Positions 50,797-60,603 of a stretch of DNA of 64,000 nucleotides are shown piece after piece. The notes beneath the pieces were generated by a model. That model was not told the origin of the DNA and did not search any database. It saw only the letters and a list, made by a program, of their open reading frames with translations. A program made the translations under genes and the position numbers. This DNA comes from a virus. The stretch is from positions 30,693 to 94,692 of the IMG/VR virus record IMGVR_UViG_3300023197_000086. One strand, given 5' to 3'. The stretch's first letter is position 1. Each line of letters begins with the position of its first letter.

Positions 50797-52542
50797 TCAG
50801 ACCCCTCGCTCCATCGCGTCATGCGGCACGCCCATCCACGATCCGACAACCAGCGCGATATCCTGAAGCTCGACCAGCTCGTCCGAGAGCTGGTGAAAGA
50901 ATGTGCCGGTGTAGACGGCCAACACGCCCTCGAATGTCGCGGCTGAGCGCATCTGGCGAAACGCCCGTTGCTGTTCTTCCGTCAGGTCGTTGCCAACGCT
51001 TTCCGAAGCCATCTCGGCCAAGATGCCATACGGCCGTTGACCGCGATCGCCCTGAACACCAAGCCCACTTGCCATCCGCTGCTCCCAAGGAATCGGCTGG
51101 TTCAGGGGTCGCTGGCCGCTGGCTGGCGTGCTATTGTCAGCGCCAAATGCGGAAGTGAACTCGTCGCCGAACGGCAAGACTTGGCTGGCTGCGCTCTTAA
51201 CAATAGGGTTATCGAGCGCGGTCTTCACCGCACCCGCCCCTGGAACGGCCGCTGCGGCCTGATCCACTAGTGTGTTGAACCCGAGGTCGCCGCTCATGGC
51301 GTCCATAACCACACCCGCGCCCGGCACGTTGTTCTCCACAAACGATTCGGCCGCCCCGACCAATGGCCCGGTGACAGGATTTTCCTTCAAATTGGAATAG
51401 GTGTTCTGAACCTTGTTAAAGGCGTCCTTGGCGCCCTCGACCACATTGCTCAACCAGCCGCCGTCGTCCTGCTTGGGCTCGTCCTTCCCCTTATCCTCGG
51501 TGGGCTTGTCCATCTTCTGACCGGTCGTGTTGTCAGGCTTCGCTTTGGTTGGCCCCTTAGTCAGGTTGTCCAATCCACGCTGGCCGCCGGGCGGCGTGCT
51601 GCCACCCGCTGGAGGCGAGTCATTGGGAGCGGGCGGAGAGGCATTCGTCGACGGGCTGGCACTGGACGGGCCGCTGCCGCCGTTACTGCTGCCGCCGTTA
51701 CTGCTGCCACCGCCGCCCTCCCCGATGTTCTGAACCTTGGAGGATTCCTTGCGCCGTAACGTCAGGCTGACCTCATAAGCGTCACCGCTGGCGGGTGCGA
51801 ATTCGCCGTTGGCCGACGGCACCTGCTTGGTGCTCGTCCCCAAGTGTTCCGAGTTGATGTCCACGACGAGGAAGGGTTCGTCGGTGAAGGGCGGGAAGTT
51901 GGTAACGATCGAGACGCGCTCAGCCTTCTCCTTCATCTGGACGATGCGACTCATGGCATCATGACGGTCGCGCAGCTGCGGGCGGGGCGGCCAGTAGGCG
52001 TTGCCGAAGAAGCCGCGCACCTCGATCTCACGGTTCTCCCGCATGGCGTCGTCGGCAAACTTATCGCCCTGCTCGTCAGGGTGTTCGTGCGGCGTCAGCC
52101 GCTCGGAAAGCGTTTCCACCTGCACGCTCTGCAGAAACACGTCGCCGATCATGATGTTGCCCTCGTTGCTGGCCCCGGTTGAGATGCCCTGGACTTGACT
52201 GATGACCTCCTCTTCGGCCGTCGTTCCCGAGGCCATCTGCTCGGCCTCTTCGGGGTCAATAGGAAAGCCGCCCTTGTCGAGCTTGAAGCGCGAGGTCATC
52301 TGCTTCACGCCGTCCGGAATCTTCGACTGCGCCTGTTCGACCGTCTGCTCGGCCTCTTCGATGACCTCCTCGGTCCCCTTCGGGCCGACCCGCTCGGCCA
52401 TGTCCTTCGCCTTCTTCAGGCTCGGATCCTTCACCATGTCGGCCGCTTGGTTGGCCAGCTGGTTCCCCGGCTCGAAACCGAGCGCGTCCGTCACCTTCTG
52501 GACCGTGCTAATGCCTTTCTGCAGATCTTCAATCAAACCCAT
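50797..52542 (-). CDS. Dit-like distal tail/baseplate protein with low-complexity extensions
   Basis: GDVFLQSVQVET..LTPHEHPDEQG..ADDA.RENREIEVRG; follows the tape measure. Confidence 0.65.
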   Translation of the reverse strand: MGLIEDLQKGISTVQKVTDALGFEPGNQLANQAADMVKDPSLKKAKDMAERVGPKGTEEVIEEAEQTVEQAQSKIPDGVKQMTSRFKLDKGGFPIDPEEAEQMASGTTAEEEVISQVQGISTGASNEGNIMIGDVFLQSVQVETLSERLTPHEHPDEQGDKFADDAMRENREIEVRGFFGNAYWPPRPQLRDRHDAMSRIVQMKEKAERVSIVTNFPPFTDEPFLVVDINSEHLGTSTKQVPSANGEFAPASGDAYEVSLTLRRKESSKVQNIGEGGGGSSNGGSSNGGSGPSSASPSTNASPPAPNDSPPAGGSTPPGGQRGLDNLTKGPTKAKPDNTTGQKMDKPTEDKGKDEPKQDDGGWLSNVVEGAKDAFNKVQNTYSNLKENPVTGPLVGAAESFVENNVPGAGVVMDAMSGDLGFNTLVDQAAAAVPGAGAVKTALDNPIVKSAASQVLPFGDEFTSAFGADNSTPASGQRPLNQPIPWEQRMASGLGVQGDRGQRPYGILAEMASESVGNDLTEEQQRAFRQMRSAATFEGVLAVYTGTFFHQLSDELVELQDIALVVGSWMGVPHDAMERGV

Positions 52543-52548
52543 AGGGAA

Positions 52549-55500
52549 TCAGGTATGCTTGGAGCTTCGATCCTCGTTGGGGGCCCGTTCGCTCAGAGCG
52601 TTGTCGATCGCTTGCTCGATGTCCTGAACCACATGCGGACGGAACCGGCGATACTCGGAGCGGACGCTCTTGCCCGCCTCTTCCCCGATAGCGCGGGCTG
52701 TCTGCCGGTCGACGTTGCGGCCGACGTTGACCTCGACGTTGAAGTTGATCTCGGGGGTGACCTGCACCGATCGACGATCTTGGGACTGGCGTTGGGGGCG
52801 CTCCGGAGCGGGCGGTGTCGCCACATTAACTTCGGGGGCTGGCGCAGCCGGAGGAGTCACTACTGGTGCTGCAGTCGGGCCACCCCGATCTCGGACGGTC
52901 CGGATGACCTCGCGTCCCTGATGGGCAGCCTGGACATCAGCCATCAATCGACGGTCGATGATGACCTGTCGGCTGGCGCCGCGAAGGTCGGCGTTGACGC
53001 CAGCGAGGTCGCGGTTGAGCGCTTCGCGAATCTGCCCCCGTCCCTCGCGCATCCCCTGACTCATTTGCTCGAAGATGCCCTGCCCCATCTTGCGCAGGTT
53101 GCGGAATGGCCCGCGCTTGGCAGGGCTCTGTGGGAAGAACCCGGCGATCCATTCCATGATGTTCTGAATTTCGTCGCCAATCGCACGGAACGGAGCTAAG
53201 AAGAAGTCGCGAACGGATTGCCCCCAAGACTTGATCGTGTCGAGGAAGGAGGTCAATGCCCCGGGGAGCGTGTTCGTAAAGAAGGTTCGAACCTTGTCCC
53301 AATTCGTGATGATCAGAGTTGCGGCAATTGCAACAAGCCCGATAATGCCGGTGAATCTGCTGATCAACGCCCCCGCCGCAGCAAAGGCTCGCCCGACGGA
53401 CATCACGACGGTTCCCAAACGACTGACCAACAACGCTCGACTGGCAGCCGCAACCAGACGCCCGCCCAGCAACGATGCCCAGCGCAGTGTCGCGATCGAC
53501 GCCCCCACGACGAATCCGATAAAGCGGCTTTGAATCAGTCGCCGGATGGACGGAATGATCGAGGTCCGAATGACAATGCTCCAAGCCTTCAGAGCCGGGA
53601 CCAAGCGGGCCTGGATGATAATGGAGCTGCTGATCAACACGCTGATGAACTGTCGACGCAGGAAGCGGACGAACGGCACAATGTCACGATTGGTTGCCAA
53701 CCATGCAGCCCCCATTGCTCGAATCGCCGGGATGGTTCGCGACACCACCCCACGCATGGCGCGCAAGGCGGGGACGGCTCGGATGGCAACGACACGGCGC
53801 ATCCGTCGCAGCTGGGTACGTACCGCCCCGGTCCGTTGGCTCATGATGTCGATGGCCGCGGACGAGCGCCGAAACTCTTCGGACACGATTCCCACCGCCC
53901 GGCTGGCTCGCGGCATAATGGCACTCAGGCGTTTCATCCGAGCGATGAAGCTGCCGACCGCACCGGCCACGTCGCTGACGACGAACTGATAGGCCATCCA
54001 ACCGAACTTCCCGGCTTGGACCGCCAGGAACAGCCCACCCAATGCTGAGGTGAGGGCAATCACGGCGCCGGTCAACTGGCGGAATCCAGGGAGCGAGATA
54101 ATCTCGCGCACGATGTTGAGGATGCCGCCGAATAGCTCCATTGCGACCCGGAACACGGCGGTGTCAAATGCCTGCGCAAATGCGTCCTTGATGGCGGCCA
54201 GCGAGCCCCGGATGGACTGCAGCGCCAAAACGAAGTTGGACGGATCGGGAATCTCGCCGTCGTTGATCTCGCGCAGCTGGTCGTTGATCTCGCCGAACAG
54301 CAACCGGGCTTTCTCCAGCTTGCCCAAGTCGTCGAAGCTGGCCGCGCCGCGGAATCGGGCCATCCGGTCGAGCAAGTCGTCGGTGAGCGGCACGCCCAGG
54401 TTTTTGATCTGGTCGATGTTGCCCTTGATGACCTCGGTGGCGAGCTTGCTCGACTTGGTGAAGGTCAGATCGAATGTGCCGCTAAGGTTCTCGGCCAGTT
54501 GGCGAGCACGTTCGGTCAAATCCGTCAGCTCTCGCTCGGACGTCACGCCGATGCTGCGGAAGGCGGCGCCGAAGTTGCCCACCATCTTGAGCGCCGTGGC
54601 ATTGGCGATGTTCTGCACGTTGCTAATATCGCGGGCCAAGTCCTTGGCCGCCCCGCTGGAGTCGCGGAAGACGGCTTCGACCTTGGCGTAGTTCTGGCGA
54701 ATCTTGAGGGCTTCCTTCGCCAGCGAGCTCATGATGCTCACCACGATGCGGAAGTTCATCGCGGCGATGAACAGGCCGAAGGTCTTGAAGGTGAGCTCCT
54801 GCACGCGCTGGGAGAGGGCGCCGAACGTGTTGCTCAGCCCGGCCCCGATCTCGCGCATGGCAACACGGAAGCGACCGAACCGCTGTTGGAGTAGGCCCAT
54901 GTTCTCAAACTGGCCCTGCACCGCCTGCCGCGAGGCGTCGTTGATGCGGATCATCGACTCCACCGCCGCTTGCCGGTTGCGCTGACTCAGGTTGGTCAGC
55001 TCGCGCATCGCCTCTTGGTTCTGAACCAAGTTCTGCTGGAAGCGGCCTTGGGCATCGGCGGCCTGGCTGGAGAAGCGCTGCACGTCGTCGAAGCGGCCGA
55101 GCAGGTTCCGGCGTGCCTCCTCGTTCAGTTGCGAAAACTGTTCGAATTCGGCTTGGAATTGCTGGAGATTCTGCAACTCTTGGGCGCCAAGCCCTCCGCG
55201 TGCCACCTTGCCCTGCTGGGCAGCCTGAAAGGCGCCCTGGATCTGCTCGGCCCGTTGTCGGGCGAACTGTTGGATGCGCGGGTCGTCCTGCAGTTGCTCG
55301 AGGAACGCCGTGCTGAACTGTTTGCCCCCGGCGGCCAGGGATTGATCCATGGTGCTGCGCACCACGTCCTGGAACTCCTGTTGGGGGAGTTGGACCAACT
55401 GGCGGAAGCGATCGCGGAACTGCGGGTCGCCGACGAAGTTGACAAAGTCATCGCGGAATCGGCCCAGGCCTTGGTCACGCAGGTCAACAAATCCCTGTTG

Positions 55501-56022
55501 TACGTCACGGACTTGGCTGCCCAACCGGGCGGTGAGGTTAGGCATCACGCTCAGGGCGAAGCGCTGCTGGTTGAGCGTCTGGGTCTGCACGCGATATGCC
55601 GACGTGATCCGTCGATTCATCTCTTGCAACTGACGGCTGGACTGGTTGATCTGTTCGGTCCGATTGGCCTGCCGCTCCAACATGGCGGCGCCTTCGCGAT
55701 GGGCGGCGATCTGCTCCTCCGACTGCAGCAGCACGCTTTCGCCGCCGGCAAGCATCTGTGAGAAGAATCCGCTGGAGCTCATCATTTCCGAACGGAACCG
55801 CTCGGAGAGGTTGGCGAAGGAACGCATCTGTTCCGAGGCTCGCCGGGCCGCGACCGTCTGCTCGTTGGTGAGCGTGCGCCCGGCCTGCAGCGCTCGGAAA
55901 GTGGAATTGGCCGACCGCTGGGCCTGACGGACGGATTCGTTAACTTGGCGACGGTGTTGGGCGAAGCCGCTGTTTCGGTAGCGAGTCGTGATGAGCTGTC
56001 GTAGCTCTCGGACCGTCGCCAA
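52549..56022 (-). CDS. Tail tape measure protein (1157 aa)
   Basis: Long helical ORF with hydrophobic segments, GIVAIAATLIITNWDKV, downstream of tube and chaperone. Confidence 0.85.
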   Translation of the reverse strand: MATVRELRQLITTRYRNSGFAQHRRQVNESVRQAQRSANSTFRALQAGRTLTNEQTVAARRASEQMRSFANLSERFRSEMMSSSGFFSQMLAGGESVLLQSEEQIAAHREGAAMLERQANRTEQINQSSRQLQEMNRRITSAYRVQTQTLNQQRFALSVMPNLTARLGSQVRDVQQGFVDLRDQGLGRFRDDFVNFVGDPQFRDRFRQLVQLPQQEFQDVVRSTMDQSLAAGGKQFSTAFLEQLQDDPRIQQFARQRAEQIQGAFQAAQQGKVARGGLGAQELQNLQQFQAEFEQFSQLNEEARRNLLGRFDDVQRFSSQAADAQGRFQQNLVQNQEAMRELTNLSQRNRQAAVESMIRINDASRQAVQGQFENMGLLQQRFGRFRVAMREIGAGLSNTFGALSQRVQELTFKTFGLFIAAMNFRIVVSIMSSLAKEALKIRQNYAKVEAVFRDSSGAAKDLARDISNVQNIANATALKMVGNFGAAFRSIGVTSERELTDLTERARQLAENLSGTFDLTFTKSSKLATEVIKGNIDQIKNLGVPLTDDLLDRMARFRGAASFDDLGKLEKARLLFGEINDQLREINDGEIPDPSNFVLALQSIRGSLAAIKDAFAQAFDTAVFRVAMELFGGILNIVREIISLPGFRQLTGAVIALTSALGGLFLAVQAGKFGWMAYQFVVSDVAGAVGSFIARMKRLSAIMPRASRAVGIVSEEFRRSSAAIDIMSQRTGAVRTQLRRMRRVVAIRAVPALRAMRGVVSRTIPAIRAMGAAWLATNRDIVPFVRFLRRQFISVLISSSIIIQARLVPALKAWSIVIRTSIIPSIRRLIQSRFIGFVVGASIATLRWASLLGGRLVAAASRALLVSRLGTVVMSVGRAFAAAGALISRFTGIIGLVAIAATLIITNWDKVRTFFTNTLPGALTSFLDTIKSWGQSVRDFFLAPFRAIGDEIQNIMEWIAGFFPQSPAKRGPFRNLRKMGQGIFEQMSQGMREGRGQIREALNRDLAGVNADLRGASRQVIIDRRLMADVQAAHQGREVIRTVRDRGGPTAAPVVTPPAAPAPEVNVATPPAPERPQRQSQDRRSVQVTPEINFNVEVNVGRNVDRQTARAIGEEAGKSVRSEYRRFRPHVVQDIEQAIDNALSERAPNEDRSSKHT

Positions 56023-56037
56023 GTTAACTCCCTCCGT

Positions 56038-56296
56038 CTACGAATCCATGCCGTACTGTTGACGCAGGTTCGGGTTCTGGTGCGCCCCGATCGATCCGAG
56101 GAACGGGTGGACGTTCTGCTCGGAGGGATCGGGGGCGTCCTCGTCGCCTTCCTGTTCGTCCTCCGGCGTCTGGAGCTCGATGTGGAGCTGCCATGCTTCG
56201 AGCATTTCCAGATACGTCCGGGCGGGCCAGTGGATCGCCTCTTTCAAATCCACGTTGAAGGCCCCGTGGAAGACGAACTGCCAGAAGATGTAGTAG
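56038..56296 (-). CDS. Tail assembly chaperone C-terminal (GT-like) segment, probably reached by frameshift
   Basis: Protein-like sequence NYYIFWQFVFHGAF..WPARTYLEMLEAW begins at the chaperone stop, in the +1 frame, with no evident start or RBS. Confidence 0.5.
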
Positions 56297-56818
56297 TTAC
56301 GCCTGGCTCTCCTTCTCCGAATCCGTTTGGTCCTGGAGCTGCTGTTCTCGTTGGTTAAGAAACGAACGAGCCCCGCTCCACTTCTCCCACGTCTGGACGA
56401 GATAGACGACGCCGGGAGCGAAGCGACCGGGGACCGAGTAGATGTCGATGGAGGGCGAGATGTGCTCGGAGAGTACCGCGTCGTAGTACTCGGCGGTGTT
56501 GCGGTCGATCTCCATCGCCGCGTTCTCCAGCTCCTCGTCCTCGCCCACATCGGCCTTCGGCTTGCCGACAAGATCCGCGAGCTCGCAGAGCTCTTGGATC
56601 GTCGGCTCACCCAAGGTGTAGTCCTGGCCGAACATCTGCACGGTCGTGGTCTCGAAGTTTTCCAGGTCGATCGGAGTGGAGCGCAACTCCTCCAGCGAGA
56701 GGCGCTGCGCTCCCTCCTGACCCTTCTGTGACTTCTTGCCTTTCCGTGTCGCCGGTTGGGCGTCCGCTTGTTGCGGCGTGGCTTCGTTCGCCTGTGTCGT
56801 GCGCTCTTCCTTGCTCAT
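56297..56818 (-). CDS. Tail assembly chaperone
   Basis: Between tube and tape measure; MFGQDYTLGEPTIQELCEL. Confidence 0.7.
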   Translation of the reverse strand: MSKEERTTQANEATPQQADAQPATRKGKKSQKGQEGAQRLSLEELRSTPIDLENFETTTVQMFGQDYTLGEPTIQELCELADLVGKPKADVGEDEELENAAMEIDRNTAEYYDAVLSEHISPSIDIYSVPGRFAPGVVYLVQTWEKWSGARSFLNQREQQLQDQTDSEKESQA

Positions 56819-56851
56819 CCCCGAAACCTCCTCCTATGTGTTGTGAGTCGC

Positions 56852-57268
56852 TTAGCCGGCCAGCTTGAACGCGCCCCGAATGGCCACCTCAACGGCGTTG
56901 AGGTCCGGGGCACCCCGGGCCTCATCCGGCATTGAGGGGAGGGACGCGAACGGGCTCTTGGCCGTAAAGCGCGTGCTCTGGTTCTTGTCCGTGAACGAGC
57001 AGCTGAACGGGCGACCGCGCAGGCCCGGCAACGTGCTTTGGCGCCACTGCGACGAGGGCTTGACCCGCACCGTCAGCGTGCCGAGCGGGGCGTTGGAGAA
57101 GACCATCAGCAGGTCGCCGTTCTTGCCGAGCATGTAGGAGACCTCGTCCTCGTCGAACGAGAACTGGAGGGCGTCGGCCTGCCGGTTGAGCTGGTCAACC
57201 GGCGTGCCGTCCGTCTGGCAGGTCGCCTTTTTACTGAACGTTACGGTGTTGTACTGGCTCAGACTCAT
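56852..57268 (-). CDS. Tail tube protein (DUF3277-like)
   Basis: DEDEVSYMLGKNGDLLMV.SNAPLGTLTVRVKPSS; follows the sheath. Confidence 0.75.
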   Translation of the reverse strand: MSLSQYNTVTFSKKATCQTDGTPVDQLNRQADALQFSFDEDEVSYMLGKNGDLLMVFSNAPLGTLTVRVKPSSQWRQSTLPGLRGRPFSCSFTDKNQSTRFTAKSPFASLPSMPDEARGAPDLNAVEVAIRGAFKLAG

Positions 57269-57271
57269 GGG

Positions 57272-58828
57272 TTATGCCACCCCTTCCGTCTGCGCCCCGG
57301 CCTGGACCGAGTTGGTCGAGGCGTTCGCGGGTTCGATGAACTCGACAGTCAGGTAGCCGGTGACGCGGATCTCGCCGATGAACAGCAAGATCGTGGCTTC
57401 CCACGTCAGGCTGTAGATGCGGTTTTTGTGATCGGTCGTCCCGGCCACGTCCTCGAAGTCGGGCGCCATCACGTTGAACAGCGCCGTGTCGTCCGGTTGC
57501 CGTCGGGCGACGATGCGGCGGTCGCGCTCCGAGTTCCGGTCCAAGACGAACTCGGTGCGCTCCACGATCAGGTCGATGCCCTCTTGGTCGTAAGGCAGGC
57601 CGCCGCTGTGGATGGCGGGCGGATTGGACAGAAGCTCCACCAGCTGAAACTCCATGTCGATGGTGATCCGGTCGACCTTCTGCTGCACGTCGCCGAAGTT
57701 TTCGTTGGTCGCGAAGTCGTCGGTCCAGACGGTGCGCCCGACCCGGTTGGTCCAGATGGTGTTGAGGAACGCCGCCCGGATGGACTGCAGGTCGTCGCTC
57801 GTCCAGGCGTCCGAGCCCCACACGTCGCTGTCGGTTCCGGACGGGATGCCCGAGACCTGCATGTGGCGCAGCCAGAACGAGCCCGGCGAACGGGGGAAGC
57901 TCTGGCCGAAGGCCACCATGTCGGGGAAGCCGTGCAGGATGTTGTCGGGCAGGATGTAGAACTTGACGCGCGGCGAGTTGATCGACGACGCCTCGGAATC
58001 GAGGTCGCTGATCGTCTCCTTGTTGCTCGCACCGCCGCCCGACAGCGTGATGGCGCTGGCGGCCGATGCCGTGTCACCGGCACTGCCGCCCGAGCCGAGC
58101 TTCATCGTGAACGTCTGCGCCGTCTCCTTGGTCGTGTTGACCGCGTCGATGATCTCTTGGAGCGTGCTGGTGATGGTGCCACTGCTGTCCGTGGCAAGGC
58201 TGACCACCAGCCGCCAGTTGTTGGTGTCGTTGATCGACTCCTTCGAGACCGTCAGCGGGGAGTCATTCGTACCAGGATCCTGCAGAACGGCCTCGTAATC
58301 GTTGGCGATCTGGCCGGGCCAAGTGCCTTCTGCGACGAGGTCGTCCCCGTTTCCGAGGTCGAAGGTGGCGCTGGCCGGATCGCCGGGGTAGCCGCTGGTG
58401 TGATAGATCGTGACGTTGGCCTCGATCCAGGCGGCGATCTCGCTGCGGTCGGCCGGGTCACGGGTAATGGCGGCGACGTGGTAGAAGAACAGGCCGTGCT
58501 GCTTCACCAAGTAGATGAGCATATCCGACCAGTCCGTCGGGGCCGGCGGATCGCTTTCCATAATGCGTGCGACCCACATCTCCTGCGGCGAGGGTTGCGT
58601 CTGCGCGAAGATGTCGAGCGTCGCCTGATACGTTCGGCTCTCGGTGCCGAAGTCGTCACCGACGCTCGAGACCGCCGTGTCGCCTGCGTACAGTTTGCGG
58701 GACTCCTCGCTGATGCCGTGATCGTTGGTGAGCAGCAACGCGCCGAACCGCTTGAACGAGGAACGGAACGCGTCGGTAAATACATCTACCTGAACATCAC
58801 TGCTGGGGACAGAAGCCGGTGTTGCCAT
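57272..58828 (-). CDS. Contractile tail sheath protein (DUF3383-like)
   Basis: SDVQVDV..FGALLLT..VGDDFGTES..IFAQ..P..MWVAR; C-terminal GLPYDQEGIDLI. Confidence 0.85.
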   Translation of the reverse strand: MATPASVPSSDVQVDVFTDAFRSSFKRFGALLLTNDHGISEESRKLYAGDTAVSSVGDDFGTESRTYQATLDIFAQTQPSPQEMWVARIMESDPPAPTDWSDMLIYLVKQHGLFFYHVAAITRDPADRSEIAAWIEANVTIYHTSGYPGDPASATFDLGNGDDLVAEGTWPGQIANDYEAVLQDPGTNDSPLTVSKESINDTNNWRLVVSLATDSSGTITSTLQEIIDAVNTTKETAQTFTMKLGSGGSAGDTASAASAITLSGGGASNKETISDLDSEASSINSPRVKFYILPDNILHGFPDMVAFGQSFPRSPGSFWLRHMQVSGIPSGTDSDVWGSDAWTSDDLQSIRAAFLNTIWTNRVGRTVWTDDFATNENFGDVQQKVDRITIDMEFQLVELLSNPPAIHSGGLPYDQEGIDLIVERTEFVLDRNSERDRRIVARRQPDDTALFNVMAPDFEDVAGTTDHKNRIYSLTWEATILLFIGEIRVTGYLTVEFIEPANASTNSVQAGAQTEGVA

Positions 58829-58841
58829 AAAACACCTCGCT

Positions 58842-59516
58842 CTAAGACGAGGGTTTCGAGACCGTGAACGTCTCGGTCTTGCGCACGGTCCCGTCTACAT
58901 CCTTGACGGTCTTGGTGAGCTCGATCGTTCGCACGTCGCGCACGATCTGCGTAAATCGCTCCTGCACGTTGAACACGAGGTCGAAGGTCCATCCGGGCAC
59001 AACGTCGCGGTCGGTGGGCGGGGTGAACGGCTCGCCCAGGGGCAACGGTTGCTCGTCCGTGATGTCCTTGATCTCAATGCCCGTCTGGTGCAGCTCTACA
59101 AGGCCGGGCTTCTGAATCCATGCAGATAGGTCGGTTAGGATCCCGGTCGCCTTGCGCCGGGGATTGGCATAACTCGCGTTGGTGTCCTCGAAGACGCGGA
59201 CCTCCACCGTTACCGGATGGTGGTAGGCGAAGATCATCTCCAGGTCCTTATCGAACGTGTCCGGCTCGATCACGCCGTCAACCAGCCGCGTGTCGCGGGC
59301 GTCGATCCGCGAGGGATCGAAAAAGGCGGAGCGGTTGATGTTCAAGATGTGGAAGAAGATCGCCGGCGTCATTTCTTGGGCAGGGAATCCGGGGTTGTTC
59401 GGACTGTTCTGGGCCACGTTGTTGTCGGGAACAGCGGTGGCCGCCATGAACCCGTTCCCCAGGATCTGCATCAGGTTTGCCAAGTTGTAGAGGCTCGACA
59501 GGTGCAGATCAGCCAT
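58842..59516 (-). CDS. Neck/tail terminator-like protein
   Basis: Immediately before the sheath; WTFDLVFNV pattern. Confidence 0.6.
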   Translation of the reverse strand: MADLHLSSLYNLANLMQILGNGFMAATAVPDNNVAQNSPNNPGFPAQEMTPAIFFHILNINRSAFFDPSRIDARDTRLVDGVIEPDTFDKDLEMIFAYHHPVTVEVRVFEDTNASYANPRRKATGILTDLSAWIQKPGLVELHQTGIEIKDITDEQPLPLGEPFTPPTDRDVVPGWTFDLVFNVQERFTQIVRDVRTIELTKTVKDVDGTVRKTETFTVSKPSS

Positions 59517-59904
59517 TCGTCTTCAATCCCTCCGGCGACTTGCGAATCAGATACATCACGTGCTCGCCCCACCCGGGGCCGAGTTGCGACACGTCCATCT
59601 CGCCCTGGACCTGATAGACCGTCCCGCCGCGCAGCTGTCCCCGCACGATGTGGCCGCCGTCGATGACGAACGCCTTCTGCGGCAGCGGGGCGTAGCGGCG
59701 ACGGACGAACAGGAATTGGTCGCCCTCCTGCAACTGGCCAAACTCGGTCATCTCCCACTCGAACTCATTGGCCGGGATGAGCGCCCCGCGCACCGTGGTC
59801 GGTGCGGTCCTTGTCACTTGTGGCTTGTGAAACTGATCCTTGGTTCGCGTGACCGATTGCAGGACCAGCTGGCGCTCATGTCGCAGGATGGCCGTGTCCG
59901 ACAT
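59509..59904 (-). CDS. Head-closure protein
   Basis: TVRGALIP..EGD.FLF..GTVYQVQG; position. Confidence 0.6.
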   Translation of the reverse strand: MSDTAILRHERQLVLQSVTRTKDQFHKPQVTRTAPTTVRGALIPANEFEWEMTEFGQLQEGDQFLFVRRRYAPLPQKAFVIDGGHIVRGQLRGGTVYQVQGEMDVSQLGPGWGEHVMYLIRKSPEGLKTNG

Positions 59905-59906
59905 GA

Positions 59907-60590
59907 CTAACTCTTGCTGCCCTTGTTCTTCTTGCCGCCCTTCTGGTAGTTGGCCGAGATGAGACCGGCCCGAGCCAACGCATCTTGCAGGTCTTCCTTC
60001 GGCGGCTGGCCCTCAACCGGCTTGCCGTCGATCTTGACGGTCTCCGGGTTGTCGTGGGCGAAGGCGAGCATGCCGTGATAGTCGGTCGGGTCCGGGGCAT
60101 CCTGAGTCGCCGTCGACGCATCCTGCTGCGGAGCGTTGACGGTGGCCGAGGCAGATTTCGAACTCGTCGGCTGCCCCGTCTGCGGCAGCCCGATGTTCTT
60201 GCTCTCCAGGCCGTGGTCCATGCGGTAAATCTTGCGTCGGGCCGCCTCTTGCACGATGGACCGGTCGGCACTCTCCGCAATCTCGGCCAGCTTGGCCCGG
60301 TCGGTGAGGCGCCAGATGATCATGTTGGCGAGATTTTCGGGGTAGGCGTTGATGCTGTGCTCGCCGTTGGCGACGGCCTCGATACCGGCCTCGATCACAG
60401 CGGCTTGGTCCTTGTGCTTGAAGCCGCCCCGGTCCAATGGCATGGCGAGGAAGCGCTGGAACTTACGATCCTTCTGAGCCGCCTGCCACTGCGCCTCGGT
60501 CAGAAAGTTGTTGCCGGGGGAGAGCGTGACCACTTCGTCGTTCAGCATGAACGGCCGGTCCTGCGTTCCGCCGTGTTCAATCAAGTGCAT
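59907..60590 (-). CDS. Hypothetical virion-associated protein with C-terminal LEM/Rho-N-like helix pair
   Basis: MLAFAHD..PPKEDLQDALARAG; AAGAGG RBS before MHLIEH. Confidence 0.55.
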   Translation of the reverse strand: MHLIEHGGTQDRPFMLNDEVVTLSPGNNFLTEAQWQAAQKDRKFQRFLAMPLDRGGFKHKDQAAVIEAGIEAVANGEHSINAYPENLANMIIWRLTDRAKLAEIAESADRSIVQEAARRKIYRMDHGLESKNIGLPQTGQPTSSKSASATVNAPQQDASTATQDAPDPTDYHGMLAFAHDNPETVKIDGKPVEGQPPKEDLQDALARAGLISANYQKGGKKNKGSKS

Positions 60591-60603
60591 GGGTATCCCT
60601 CTT

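Noticed and set aside
51334-51342. Exact match of hairpin-3 segment CTCCACAAA inside the Dit-like gene
   Set aside because: About 0.5 chance matches are expected per 9-mer in 128 kb of both strands, and the partner 9-mer is not adjacent.
51674-51708. 15-bp tandem repeat CTGCCGCCGTTACTG
   Set aside because: Encodes a GGSSN low-complexity linker; no sign of function at DNA level.
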